From a virus: a DNA stretch of 64,000 bases. Where the stretch lies: positions 81,389 to 145,388 of IMG/VR virus record IMGVR_UViG_3300042555_002918; one strand, 5' to 3'. The notes beneath the pieces were generated by a model. That model searched no databases. It was given only the letters and a program-made list of their open reading frames with translations, and had not been told where the DNA came from. Of this stretch, positions 46,159-55,983 are shown piece by piece. Positions within the stretch are counted from its first letter, which is position 1. Every line of letters starts with the position of its first letter. The position numbers and the translations under genes were made by a program.

Positions 46159-47111
46159 GCAAACTCACAGTTGCTCATGACTTCAGTAAGGGCCGAAAGA
46201 AGGCATATCCCCTTATCTACCACCCTTATTGCCTTATCTTGATGGTCATTGAGGATTATAACCAACGCCGGTTTACTCTTGTTATCCACCAGCGGCTCCA
46301 GGGCTTTGTACAATTTGCCGTATACCTCTGGCTTGATGTTTGTCTGGGAGAACACCCAATTACGCAGAGAGGTCCAGCTCTTGCTTTTAAGAAAGCCTGC
46401 CACCTCATCGAAATTGTTGTCTCTATAAACGGCAAGCACCCCCGGATTTATCTCCCCATAGGCTTTGGCATAACCCTGAAGCAAATTAAGGATATGCCTA
46501 ATGTCCGGGAAGAACTCCTTTACGATACCAACCAGCACCTCTTTGTCGAATTTTACGCCTTCAGACTGGAGAACGGTCTGGAGCCTTACGAAGGTTGCCT
46601 TCATAAGGTCCTTCCTCTCCTCCTGCAATAGGGCATTAAAGTCAATCTTGGTGCATCGTGAGTGGATTGCATCAATAATTTTGCTTGGATGGTTGCACGT
46701 TAATACGAATCCACACAGATTGGAGTACTCCTCCATAAATGTCCGAAGGGCTGGCTGAACGTGCATCGAGAGGTTATCTGCCTCATCGAAAATTATCACC
46801 TTTCGCTTGTTAGACAGAATTGACTGAGTAGACGCAAACTTTTGAATATTGTTCCTTAGCGCGTCTATTCCCGACTCCGTGCCCCCAATAGATGCATTGA
46901 GGATCATAAAATCGAGATCAAGCTCCGAACATATGCACTTGGCTAATGTAGTCTTTCCGAGTCCTGAGGTTCCAATCAGAAGCAAATTGGGCACTTCACC
47001 GGTCTCAAGGATTGTACCTACCAGCTTCTTTACGTAGCTTGGCAAAATACAATCCTCTACCCGAGACGGGCGATATTTCTCCGCCCAAATGACATGCTCT
47101 AATGAAGCCAT
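46155..47111 (-). CDS. gp44: clamp loader large subunit
   Basis: WAEKYRP..CILP, G.GKTT, DEAD, SRC. Confidence 0.96.
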   Translation of the reverse strand: MASLEHVIWAEKYRPSRVEDCILPSYVKKLVGTILETGEVPNLLLIGTSGLGKTTLAKCICSELDLDFMILNASIGGTESGIDALRNNIQKFASTQSILSNKRKVIIFDEADNLSMHVQPALRTFMEEYSNLCGFVLTCNHPSKIIDAIHSRCTKIDFNALLQEERKDLMKATFVRLQTVLQSEGVKFDKEVLVGIVKEFFPDIRHILNLLQGYAKAYGEINPGVLAVYRDNNFDEVAGFLKSKSWTSLRNWVFSQTNIKPEVYGKLYKALEPLVDNKSKPALVIILNDHQDKAIRVVDKGICLLSALTEVMSNCEFA

Positions 47112-47128
47112 AGCTCAGACCCCAAAAC

Positions 47129-47773
47129 CTATTGGCAACTAACGTGGTAGTTCACTGGAAACTCAATACCAGAGAACCTGACCATGTTCTTACTTGGGAA
47201 ATACGAAAGCTTATAGCCAATGTCCAACATTGAAAGCACGCTCACGTTGAATGAAACCGGAGGGGAGTCGATTGAGACGTCCAAGTTAATTGTGTAACTG
47301 TGATTATGGGACGCTTTCTTATCGTGCAACACCAGGGTTCCGCTATCTCCAGAGACAACGTTGACATCGTGGATGCCGAGATACCCGGCCATCTTAAACA
47401 TGTTCTTAATCTCTGCCACTGGCAAAGCCACTTCAAAGGAAGGCTCGCCTAGGTTAATCTTCTTCGCGTACACATCATCGACGATTGCCTGATTCGCATA
47501 CCTAAATACAACGGAATTATGCCCGTTTGAGATGTACATGTGGTCATCCCGAAAATCGATATCCGCGTCCTTTACTACCGTTAGCACCTGGAGAAACTCC
47601 CGAACGCTGAAGATTGCGAACCGCTGAGGAAGCTCATCTTCAATGGTGGCGGTCATATAGACAGACTTGTCGCTCGACAATGCTTTTATTTCGCTCCCAG
47701 GAACGAAGAGCATGGAATCGTTCAGGTTCTTGAAATTGTTAAGGACTGACAACGTACTTTCCGAAAGCTTCAT
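47129..47773 (-). CDS. gp45: sliding clamp
   Basis: MKLS..TL.VL.NF..LN; position before gp44. Confidence 0.92.
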   Translation of the reverse strand: MKLSESTLSVLNNFKNLNDSMLFVPGSEIKALSSDKSVYMTATIEDELPQRFAIFSVREFLQVLTVVKDADIDFRDDHMYISNGHNSVVFRYANQAIVDDVYAKKINLGEPSFEVALPVAEIKNMFKMAGYLGIHDVNVVSGDSGTLVLHDKKASHNHSYTINLDVSIDSPPVSFNVSVLSMLDIGYKLSYFPSKNMVRFSGIEFPVNYHVSCQ

Positions 47774-47813
47774 ACTTCACCATTTAAAATGAGTGGTTGG
47801 TTCTATCGGGCTC

Positions 47814-47848
47814 AGTTTTTCACACTTGTCCTAGTGCCGAGCATTACC
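47814..47848 (-). promoter_or_regulatory. early/middle-type promoter motif (gp45)
   Basis: GGTAATGCTCGGC-N13-TGA-AAAACT. Confidence 0.72.
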
Positions 47849-49855
47849 CAGCGAAGCCGAGGTGAAATTATTTCGCTTCTGAAAGTGAAGGGTTTGGTCA
47901 AAGTTCTCACTGAGGCCGTCTTTGTGGGAAATGATAAAGATATTAAAGGATTGGAAGTCATCACCTTTCAACAGACTTAAAATGGTCTCTGTCGTCCCTT
48001 GGTCGAGATAAGAATCAAGGACTTCGTCCAGAATGAGAAGGTTTGTGTTAACTGCAGATTGAGCCTGTGCTAAATGCCTCCAGGCAAGCAAAACTGCCAA
48101 GTCTAGGCGCTGTCGCTCTCCCTCTGAGTAGTTAGCATAAGAAAGGACGTCCCGATGGCGAGACCTTATTGTATCGTTGAACTCCTCATCTAGTTCAAAT
48201 GATACAAACATTCCCATTTTTGTAAGATACTGATTGATGTATCTGTTGAGTGTTGGAACGTAGCGCTTGAGGATCTCAGACTTAACTCCATCGTCCTTGA
48301 TGATGACTTGGGCTTCTCGAAGTAACTTGACCTTCTTTGCTGTATAGTCAATGTCAGATTCCAAAGAACTGACTTCTTCTCCTAGGCGCAAGATTTCCCC
48401 GCTATTGTCCAAGAGCGGCTTACTCTTCTTCTCCTCGATTGCTTCCTTCAAAAGCTTTGCCTCGGTTAAAAGAGCTGTCACCTCCAATTTCTTATCTTCA
48501 AGGGCCTTTCGCTTGGTAACAAGGCCAGCTTCGAAATCCTTTTTCTTTCTTTCGACAAGCTCTTGCGCTGAGCGTACTTTCTCTTCGTGCGCCCTGAGAC
48601 GGGCCTCAAATGCACGTCTCTTATCTTCAAACGCACGGCGCCGCTCTTCATATGCGCTTTTGCGGCTATTGAAATCCGCCTTTCGAGCCATAAACAGCTC
48701 GCGAGCTTCCGTGTATTCTTTCTTTCGCCTCTGGACCTCTTCAGCCTTGACCTTAATACTATCTATAACCTTGGTAGCGGCAGCAACAAGCGACTCTAGT
48801 TGCACCTTTTCCTGCTCCAGTTCATCGGTGGATTTCCTCTTGAACTCATCGTCTATCGGTTGAGAACAGGTCGGGCACTCGTGGTGCTCAGCATAGAAGT
48901 TCAGGTGCTTGGAGTTGTGTTCGAGCTTCTCTTTGGATGACTTAATTTCGGCAAGCTTGGTCGCCCTCTCGCTGACAAGCTCTGAAACATCAAAAGCAGC
49001 CGGATCCTGCTCTTCAAATGTCTCATTGAACTCTTCGGAAAACTCTTCAGTAAATGTAAGATTAAATATCTCGGTGAAGTCTGGGACCTCTACGTTTGCA
49101 TCGAATGATTCGACCAACATCTCCAGTTCTTGCTCTTTGCAAAGAATCTCTTGGTCCAGGTCCTTTTTCCTGTCGCGCAAACCTACGAGCTTTTTAGTAA
49201 GAGTGGCGACCTCTTCCTTTGTCTTTTCTTCAAATGATTTCTGCTGTTGTTCCAGGTACTGAACCTGTTGCGCAAGGGTGTTGCGCCTGTCTGTCATTCC
49301 CTTATATTTCAGCGTCTCATCGGAAATCTTGGTTTTGACGACTGCGTTCATCGTCGAGAACACATCAATCCCGAGGATGTTTTCCACCATTTTCTTCCGC
49401 TCGCCTGGCTTTAGCCTCATGAACGGGGTGTAATTTGCGGCACCAAGCATCACAACATGGGTGAATATCTTCCAGTTCATTTTGAGAATCTGGTCTTCGA
49501 GGCACTTTTGCTGGTCCTTTGTATGTGAGTCTTGATTCAGGGCCGTCCCATTCAGAAGGATTTCAAAGACGTTAGGCTTAAGACCTCGTCGAATTTGATA
49601 TCGGTCGCTCCCTATCGAAAAGGTCAGCTCAACTAAGAGGTCTTTCCCATTGATTGAATTGATAAGTTCCGTCTTATTGATATCGCGAAAGGCGCGACCA
49701 AACAACGCAAAGGACAACGCGTCCAGGAATAGGCTCTTCCCAGAGCCTGACGGACCACTTAAGGCAGTGAGACGATGAGTGGACAAATCCATAACTAATG
49801 GAGCCTGACCGACCGAAAGAATGTTCCTATATGTGATGCTCTCGAATTTGATCAT
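47831..49855 (-). CDS. gp46: recombination endonuclease ATPase subunit (Rad50/SbcC-like)
   Basis: N.LSVG, GSGKS, CPTC zinc hook, SEGE, LILDEV.D, ISH. Confidence 0.95.
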   Translation of the reverse strand: MIKFESITYRNILSVGQAPLVMDLSTHRLTALSGPSGSGKSLFLDALSFALFGRAFRDINKTELINSINGKDLLVELTFSIGSDRYQIRRGLKPNVFEILLNGTALNQDSHTKDQQKCLEDQILKMNWKIFTHVVMLGAANYTPFMRLKPGERKKMVENILGIDVFSTMNAVVKTKISDETLKYKGMTDRRNTLAQQVQYLEQQQKSFEEKTKEEVATLTKKLVGLRDRKKDLDQEILCKEQELEMLVESFDANVEVPDFTEIFNLTFTEEFSEEFNETFEEQDPAAFDVSELVSERATKLAEIKSSKEKLEHNSKHLNFYAEHHECPTCSQPIDDEFKRKSTDELEQEKVQLESLVAAATKVIDSIKVKAEEVQRRKKEYTEARELFMARKADFNSRKSAYEERRRAFEDKRRAFEARLRAHEEKVRSAQELVERKKKDFEAGLVTKRKALEDKKLEVTALLTEAKLLKEAIEEKKSKPLLDNSGEILRLGEEVSSLESDIDYTAKKVKLLREAQVIIKDDGVKSEILKRYVPTLNRYINQYLTKMGMFVSFELDEEFNDTIRSRHRDVLSYANYSEGERQRLDLAVLLAWRHLAQAQSAVNTNLLILDEVLDSYLDQGTTETILSLLKGDDFQSFNIFIISHKDGLSENFDQTLHFQKRNNFTSASLGNARH

Positions 49856-50898
49856 TCGCTGATATCGTGCAAGTTCAACGCCTCATGATACAGTTCGCGA
49901 AGAATCCCCTTTAACTCTGCTTTGGGACTCTCGAAGTCAAGCGAATCAACATACAGATCCATTAGAGAAAACAGATCCATACCTTCGTCAGCTTTGGTCT
50001 CCAGTCTACTAATTGATGCCTGCTCACTAACATTTACCTCAGAAGGATTCTTAGATTCGATTGCCTCAAGGAACTGTAGGAAGCCACTTTCGCTGCTCTT
50101 TTGCTTAATCAGAACTCTGACAATCTTGTCTTTACACTCAGGGATGGAACTTATGTCGGAGTCTGCATAATCGATATGAACAAAGGGATTGCTAGGGTTC
50201 TCGATGAAATTGAGCCTTAGATTGGTCATGTCGATCACATGAAACCCCCGACTATCAAATGCCTCGGCCCACATTGTTGCGACCGGAGATCCAAGATAAT
50301 CGATGTTCTTCTGATGACTTTTCAGGTGGAAATGCCCGGATAGAACCCTTTTGAATTTAGAAAGGATGCCGGGGTCAATACCCTTATCTGGATTCTCTAT
50401 ACCTCTAAACATCGGACAACCGATGATTTCTAGGTGGCCCAGAACCAAATCCGCCTGCGACTCCTCAAGAGCTTCATTTGCCTGAATTTTATTCTCCTCA
50501 CATATCCAGGGAAGCATGAGCGTTTGAACGCCATATAGATTTAGCTCTTGTGGCTGAGCATAGAACCTAAAGCTGTCGTAACGGCCGAGGAACTTCTCAG
50601 GCGTGTTGACCGAGTTTGTGTTCTTGAAATAGGTATCGTGATTACCAATAATGATATGCGTCTGTTCAAAGACTTCATCCCATTTTGCAAAGACTCGACG
50701 ATCCCACTCGTAGATGACAAAGTTGTTGGTATCTTTGCGACGATCAAAGATATCACCTAGATGAATCATGTGCTTAATATTGTGTTCTTTGACGTAAGGA
50801 AAGAACACTTCCTCAAAGAAGCGGATCTGATGATTCATGAACACCGGAGAGTTGTTGCGAACTCCAGCATGTGTGTCCGCCAGGATTGCAACCTTCAC
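49852..50898 (-). CDS. gp47: recombination endonuclease nuclease subunit (Mre11/SbcD-like)
   Basis: DTH, HLGDIFD.R, GNHD, GHLE, SGHFH. Confidence 0.95.
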   Translation of the reverse strand: MKVAILADTHAGVRNNSPVFMNHQIRFFEEVFFPYVKEHNIKHMIHLGDIFDRRKDTNNFVIYEWDRRVFAKWDEVFEQTHIIIGNHDTYFKNTNSVNTPEKFLGRYDSFRFYAQPQELNLYGVQTLMLPWICEENKIQANEALEESQADLVLGHLEIIGCPMFRGIENPDKGIDPGILSKFKRVLSGHFHLKSHQKNIDYLGSPVATMWAEAFDSRGFHVIDMTNLRLNFIENPSNPFVHIDYADSDISSIPECKDKIVRVLIKQKSSESGFLQFLEAIESKNPSEVNVSEQASISRLETKADEGMDLFSLMDLYVDSLDFESPKAELKGILRELYHEALNLHDISE

Positions 50899-50901
50899 GA
50901 C

Positions 50902-51531
50902 CTACTCCAGATCGGCTTCACCTAGGCCCGGAGGAAGCCCTTCCGAGTCGAACTCTATCTTAGAAGCATTTGCCTTCTTTCGTTGCTTGCTTTTAAGCCT
51001 CTTCTCTTCAAGTCGCTTCTCAAATTTCTCACAGAACTCCCTCATCTGAAGATCACTATATCGAGATCCGTAGACCTGAACGCTCTCCGCCTCAGTGTCT
51101 CCGCACATCTCTTTCTGGCGCTCCATGATGGCCTTGAACTTTCGATAAAGAGCGGTATGCTCTCGGAGAATCCTCTGAATGAACGAGTAGTGAACAATTT
51201 GCGTGAAGTACGGAAACGCTGTCGGATGCTTTGGGTTGAAGTTGTGTATGTTCTTGAAACAACAGAGGATAGCGTCTCCTATCATATCCTCGATAAACGG
51301 GTATCGAGAAAATCCAGGCTTACGGGCAATCTTTCGCGCTAGCATCATTAGGCTCTGCGCTATGTAATCGGACACCATTGGCTTGGGCAGATCGTTTGCT
51401 TTAGCCTCATCAACGGCAGCCCTGTGCTCAGAAAGCGCTTGATGAAACTGCTTGTCGTCAATGTAGTGACGATCTACTCCCGACTTCCGTTTAGCTTTAA
51501 CCTTCTGTTTGGTTACCGTTTTAGTTCCCAT
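50902..51531 (-). CDS. gp55: late-transcription sigma factor
   Basis: HYID..F, YI......A......F..Y.F.EDMI.D, NFNP..AF.YFTQI..F.QRI..E. Confidence 0.93.
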   Translation of the reverse strand: MGTKTVTKQKVKAKRKSGVDRHYIDDKQFHQALSEHRAAVDEAKANDLPKPMVSDYIAQSLMMLARKIARKPGFSRYPFIEDMIGDAILCCFKNIHNFNPKHPTAFPYFTQIVHYSFIQRILREHTALYRKFKAIMERQKEMCGDTEAESVQVYGSRYSDLQMREFCEKFEKRLEEKRLKSKQRKKANASKIEFDSEGLPPGLGEADLE

Positions 51532-51557
51532 ACCTAAACCTTTTACTTGCACCCCTG

Positions 51558-53024
51558 CTACAGCTTGACCTTAACAATGCTGTAGTTAAACCGTTCTTCC
51601 TGGTAAATTTTCATTCGCTCCATTGCGTGCCGTAACGAATAGTTATTCCAGGACTTCCACGAGAGATCGTCGCAGATATCAAATACGGTGACCTTATTCG
51701 ACCTGCCTATTCGCAGCCCCCGTCCAATACCCTGCAAAGTCGTAATTTTAGCTTTTAATCCAAAAGCAAAAATTAGGTTCTCCAAGTTGCGAATGTTGAT
51801 GCCTCGGGAGAAGGTACCTAAAGACGCTACTATGATGACACCATCCTCCTGCTCTGCCACATTCACTATTTCGAGGCGCTTATCTTTACTGATGCCGCCG
51901 TGTACTAAAAATATTTTCCGGCCGAGTCCCAGTCGCTCATTTTCATGTTTCAACTGTTCAAATATCTTCTTTCCGTGTTCCTCTACTCGCTGGAACAGTA
52001 CCAGGCTATTTCCAGGACATTTAAGCGTCAGTTTGGTTAGGAAGTTCATTCGAGGCTCGGACGAAAGGAGAAACTCCACCTCTTCCTGATAGACTTTTCT
52101 GGCGTTATCTTTCCTTGTCTCGGGTGGGTACTGCAGAATCACCTGCTTTAGCCTCATGTCAGCCAGCAAACCTTTATCCATTAGTTCTGAAGTTCGACTT
52201 ACCTGGTGAACGTCCCCAAAAAGTCCACGAAGAATCATTTCATTGGTCAAAGTGCCATCGAGGGTCCCGGTAAAGCCGTAGCGGTACTTTGAGTTTTTAC
52301 ACTTCTCAATGAGTTGCCTGAGCTTGTCGCTTTTATCCTCGTGCGCCTCGTCGGCGATTACCAACTCAAACCTTTCAAAGTACTCTACGGGAAGTTTGTA
52401 GATTGATTGCCAGGTGGAGATAACTATCTGCTTTGAAACCTCTTTTGTCTGCCCTCCGTGGATCTGCTGAACCATTTCATCAACGTCAAAGTCGGGTTCA
52501 ACAGATGCGTAATCCTTAAAGTCCCCATACATCTGCCCGACAAGCTGGATAGACGGCACAATAAGTAACGTAGGCCGATTGATAAGCCTAATGAGCGCGT
52601 AAATGGACAATGACTTTCCTGACCCGGTAGCTGATAGGAAGAGTCCCTTACTATTAGACGAGGCGATCCTTAGTACTTCCTTCTGATATTCACGGAGCTC
52701 GTGCTTTGCCCTGAATGTCTCAGTAAAGCTGTCCAGGTTCAGTGAGTCATGATGGCTAAATTCACTTTGGTCAATTTCGACGGAGAGTCCCCTGTTGTCT
52801 GCAAATTGAAGAACCTTGGTAAGTAGCCCCATATAGGTGCTGGATGTCCTTAGGTCAAACAGAGAGATCCTCCCGTCCCAGAATCCCATTTTATACTTCG
52901 GCATGTGACGAAAGTTAGGGACAAAATAGGAGAACGCCTCCTTTAGCTCGTGGCGAATTGTTCCGGAGGTTGACATTACCCGGACCCTAACTTCGTCAAT
53001 TTTCTGCACGGTCAAATCGGCCAT
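51558..53024 (-). CDS. uvsW: UvsW helicase
   Basis: F.HMPKYK..WDG.I.LF, TGSGKS, STWQS, DEAH, TGTL, Q.IGRGLR. Confidence 0.96.
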   Translation of the reverse strand: MADLTVQKIDEVRVRVMSTSGTIRHELKEAFSYFVPNFRHMPKYKMGFWDGRISLFDLRTSSTYMGLLTKVLQFADNRGLSVEIDQSEFSHHDSLNLDSFTETFRAKHELREYQKEVLRIASSNSKGLFLSATGSGKSLSIYALIRLINRPTLLIVPSIQLVGQMYGDFKDYASVEPDFDVDEMVQQIHGGQTKEVSKQIVISTWQSIYKLPVEYFERFELVIADEAHEDKSDKLRQLIEKCKNSKYRYGFTGTLDGTLTNEMILRGLFGDVHQVSRTSELMDKGLLADMRLKQVILQYPPETRKDNARKVYQEEVEFLLSSEPRMNFLTKLTLKCPGNSLVLFQRVEEHGKKIFEQLKHENERLGLGRKIFLVHGGISKDKRLEIVNVAEQEDGVIIVASLGTFSRGINIRNLENLIFAFGLKAKITTLQGIGRGLRIGRSNKVTVFDICDDLSWKSWNNYSLRHAMERMKIYQEERFNYSIVKVKL

Positions 53025-53029
53025 GATTG

Positions 53030-53064
53030 ACGATAACCGTTTGGTAATGCGCCGGTGCATTACC
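53030..53064 (-). promoter_or_regulatory. early/middle-type promoter motif (uvsW-gp55-gp47-gp46)
   Basis: GGTAATGCACCGG-N16-TATCGT. Confidence 0.7.
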
Positions 53065-53084
53065 TGGATGCTAAATATGGGGAT

Positions 53085-53645
53085 ATGAAACAGCTCAACT
53101 TGCAAAGTGAACTGCACTTTGATTTTCAAATAATGAAGCTTCCCACCCTACCTCTTTTGGTTCAGTCGGTTGCGCTACCTGGGATCTTCACTGAGGCCCC
53201 TCAAACAAGCACCCAATTCTCTCCTATCAAACATCCAGGGGATACCGTGTTCTTTCAGGACCTTATAGTGACGCTTAAGGTGGACGAGGGAATGGAAGCT
53301 TGGTTTGAGATGTACAAATGGATAACAGGGCTGACCCGATCTGAGAGCTACGCGCAGTTTATTGAGCTTCTTGCTGACAAGACTCGATCGCTCGATGGCT
53401 CCAAGAAGCTCTTTAAGAATAAAGAACTGACTCCAGGTAGTAGAGGCTATAAGAACCTGAAGTCCACAGCATCATTAACGATAAGCGACTCCAATCACAT
53501 CAAATACATAGAGGTGGTATTTGTGAACATACACCCAGTCAACATGAGTGGGCTTCAATTCCGTACTGACGAGTCCCAGACCGGGTACATGACCTACGAT
53601 GTGGCTTTCTCGTACGACTATTACTTTCCAAGACCTGTTTCATAA
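53085..53645 (+). CDS. gp3: tail tube terminator / tail completion protein (gp3/gp19 fold)
   Basis: F.I..LP....VQ...LPG, PGD...F..L...VDE....EM..WI; upstream of uvsY as in other T4-likes. Confidence 0.82.
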   Translation: MKQLNLQSELHFDFQIMKLPTLPLLVQSVALPGIFTEAPQTSTQFSPIKHPGDTVFFQDLIVTLKVDEGMEAWFEMYKWITGLTRSESYAQFIELLADKTRSLDGSKKLFKNKELTPGSRGYKNLKSTASLTISDSNHIKYIEVVFVNIHPVNMSGLQFRTDESQTGYMTYDVAFSYDYYFPRPVS

Positions 53646-53653
53646 TTCAAAAA

Positions 53654-53688
53654 GGTAATGCTCAGGCTGTATCCCACTCTGCTTCACT
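53654..53688 (+). promoter_or_regulatory. early/middle-type promoter motif (uvsY)
   Basis: GGTAATGCTCAGG-N13-TGC-TTCACT. Confidence 0.68.
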
Positions 53689-53723
53689 AAGCATACGGAT
53701 AGTTTTATCTGGAAAATGAAAAG

Positions 53724-54161
53724 ATGAAGTACGACGAACTGATCGACATGTGGGAACGCGACGCGAAAATTGAGCCAGATAATCTGGACAGCGAGTCGCT
53801 CAAAATCCCACTCATTCAGGGAAAGTATTTCAATCTATTTTGTCGAGAAAAAGCCATCCTTGCAAAACTAAACTTGGACCTCAGTCAGTTGAGGCGTTGG
53901 AAGCGTGATTACTTCCTGGGAGAAATCCCAGTTGAGGAACTGGTAGAGAAAGGGATTCCGGTCTTTGCCAGAAGGCTCGTTAAATCGGAAGTCGATGCCT
54001 ACATCGATACCGATTCGGATGTAATTACCATGTTGGAGAAAATTGCGGTTGTTCAGACAAAGGTTGACTTACTCAATCTTCTTGTGAAGAGCATCAATGA
54101 TCGCCAATGGAACATCCGCAACGCGATTGAGTTCCTCAAATGGAAGAGTGGTGTATCATGA
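53724..54161 (+). CDS. uvsY: recombination mediator UvsY
   Basis: MW..D..I..DNLD.ESL.IP...KY, Y..D.D, R.W.I.NAI...K..SG. Confidence 0.93.
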   Translation: MKYDELIDMWERDAKIEPDNLDSESLKIPLIQGKYFNLFCREKAILAKLNLDLSQLRRWKRDYFLGEIPVEELVEKGIPVFARRLVKSEVDAYIDTDSDVITMLEKIAVVQTKVDLLNLLVKSINDRQWNIRNAIEFLKWKSGVS

Positions 54162-54682
54162 GTGAGAACCTAAAAAACAAAGAAGATTGGTTCGTTTACT
54201 ATGTTGCTAGTCCGTATTCGCATCCAGAACCATCAGTAAGAAAAGAGCGCTATGAGTTGGCAGTGAAAGCGGCCAAAACATTAACCCGGTTGGGATACTC
54301 AGCATTTGTTCCAATTGCTTATGACGGCCTTTGGGACCTCGATCCGAGCTACACTGTAGACCACTCGTGGAGCTTCTGGGAGAAAATTGACTTACCGATC
54401 CTTGACCGCTGTTCGGCGTTAGTTCTCTTTGAGATTCCCGGATGGGAAAAGAGTCAAGGAGTTGCAGGAGAGCTTGAGCATTGTGAAAAAATGGGAATAC
54501 CCGTCATGTGCATTTCTCTTGAGGACCTTGCAAATGACCAGGTCATTCATCGCAAGATGAGTCTTCTTAAGGGGATGATTCGTCGAAATAAACGAGAGGC
54601 TCCACCAAAATTCAATACGAGTTCGGATACAACATCGGAACGAGTCGTATCATTTTGCAATCCGTCGCGGGAGATACTCTAA
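54158..54682 (+). CDS. DUF1937 / nucleoside 2-deoxyribosyltransferase-like protein
   Basis: YVASPYSH, PI, W...D..IL.RC, GW..S.GV..E. Confidence 0.8.
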   Translation: MSENLKNKEDWFVYYVASPYSHPEPSVRKERYELAVKAAKTLTRLGYSAFVPIAYDGLWDLDPSYTVDHSWSFWEKIDLPILDRCSALVLFEIPGWEKSQGVAGELEHCEKMGIPVMCISLEDLANDQVIHRKMSLLKGMIRRNKREAPPKFNTSSDTTSERVVSFCNPSREIL

Positions 54683-54696
54683 ATATCACCCACGCA

Positions 54697-55983
54697 ATGT
54701 CAGGAAACATGGAAATAGCACAAGCAGAGCGGGAGTACTTAAACGATCTACCGGACTTTACCGAGTTCGATCCTTCCGCTCTGCGTAGCTATGACCCTAA
54801 CCTTGATTACACCGAGTACGCCTTCATTCAACCTGATGGTACTGCACTTGGCGTGAGTTATCCTGGCAAAAACCGAAAGCAGCTATACTACAGAGCAAGT
54901 AAGCAGTACCACTCATTTCGGACCTTCATTAACCGCCACCGACCAAACACTAAATGTCACACGAAGTTCCACCTTTGGAAGGGACGTCCGAGGAAGCAAT
55001 TCGTAATCTGCATTGATATTGACGCCCTAACCAGGCGGGATTATCGAATGGCTAACTTTTGGGGGGCAATTGCCTTTGAGGAGAACCCGTACGAGTTTAG
55101 AGTGAAGCTCGGGTTCGTTGAATTGGCCAAGGAGATCCAGAAGCGCATCGGTAACAAGGGTTACGTGTTCAACTCTGTTAAGTCCGGGCGGCCCAAGATT
55201 TTAATGGTCGTTGAATACGAGGAGGCTCGGAAATGGCCATGCGTAAACGACCTCAAGGAACTCTGTTTTCAATTCTTCCCTGAATATGCCGAATCTGGCT
55301 GCATTGAGTTCACGCGAAACGCCTTTTCTTCTACGTTCTTCCCATGGGAAAAGCGCTTTGAAATTCGGGATGTGCTCCCAAGGCTTGAGCCAATTAAGAT
55401 ATCCAAATCAGCCGAACACATAATCTTTAAGACTGCCGAAGAAGAACGTGTTGCATCTTCAACCTTCAAGTACCTTATCGCCCACCAGCTTCCGGCTGAG
55501 CTTGACACCAATGGTCACACAAGGAGCTTCAAAACCTTTTTAAAGATGCTGTGCACGATGTCAGGCCTCGCAAAGAAGGGGTTTGGTATATCGCAGAAGG
55601 TGGTGGCTCGAACACTCAATATAGAGCAAACCACGGCCTCTACATACATTCGCAAAGCCATCCAGCTCGGATACCTCACAGTGGAGAACGATTGGTATGA
55701 GCCGGGGAAGAGAGCAAAGATCTACAAAGCTCGCGGTGCCCTACGAAGATTCATTAAAGAGAAGATATCAGCTGTACTTGCCACTGCACTCCCTAGACGA
55801 ATAAGAAAGAAAGAGTGGCACAAGACAATAGTGTACTATGGCCTTAAATGCTTCAGGACCAACCCTGACGGCTTTTTGAAATGGGTGAAGACCATTCGGG
55901 ACCATGACGTTGGAGACCGCTGGCAGCAGGCTGTGAACTTCCATAAGTGGCTTGTCGAGAACCCTCTACCCAAAGCGACTTAG
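54697..55983 (+). CDS. Rep-like protein (primase-like N-terminus plus winged HTH)
   Basis: VICIDID (DxD), SVKSGRPK, and wHTH SQKVVARTLNIEQTTASTYIRKAIQLGYL; start uncertain. Confidence 0.5.
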   Translation: MSGNMEIAQAEREYLNDLPDFTEFDPSALRSYDPNLDYTEYAFIQPDGTALGVSYPGKNRKQLYYRASKQYHSFRTFINRHRPNTKCHTKFHLWKGRPRKQFVICIDIDALTRRDYRMANFWGAIAFEENPYEFRVKLGFVELAKEIQKRIGNKGYVFNSVKSGRPKILMVVEYEEARKWPCVNDLKELCFQFFPEYAESGCIEFTRNAFSSTFFPWEKRFEIRDVLPRLEPIKISKSAEHIIFKTAEEERVASSTFKYLIAHQLPAELDTNGHTRSFKTFLKMLCTMSGLAKKGFGISQKVVARTLNIEQTTASTYIRKAIQLGYLTVENDWYEPGKRAKIYKARGALRRFIKEKISAVLATALPRRIRKKEWHKTIVYYGLKCFRTNPDGFLKWVKTIRDHDVGDRWQQAVNFHKWLVENPLPKAT

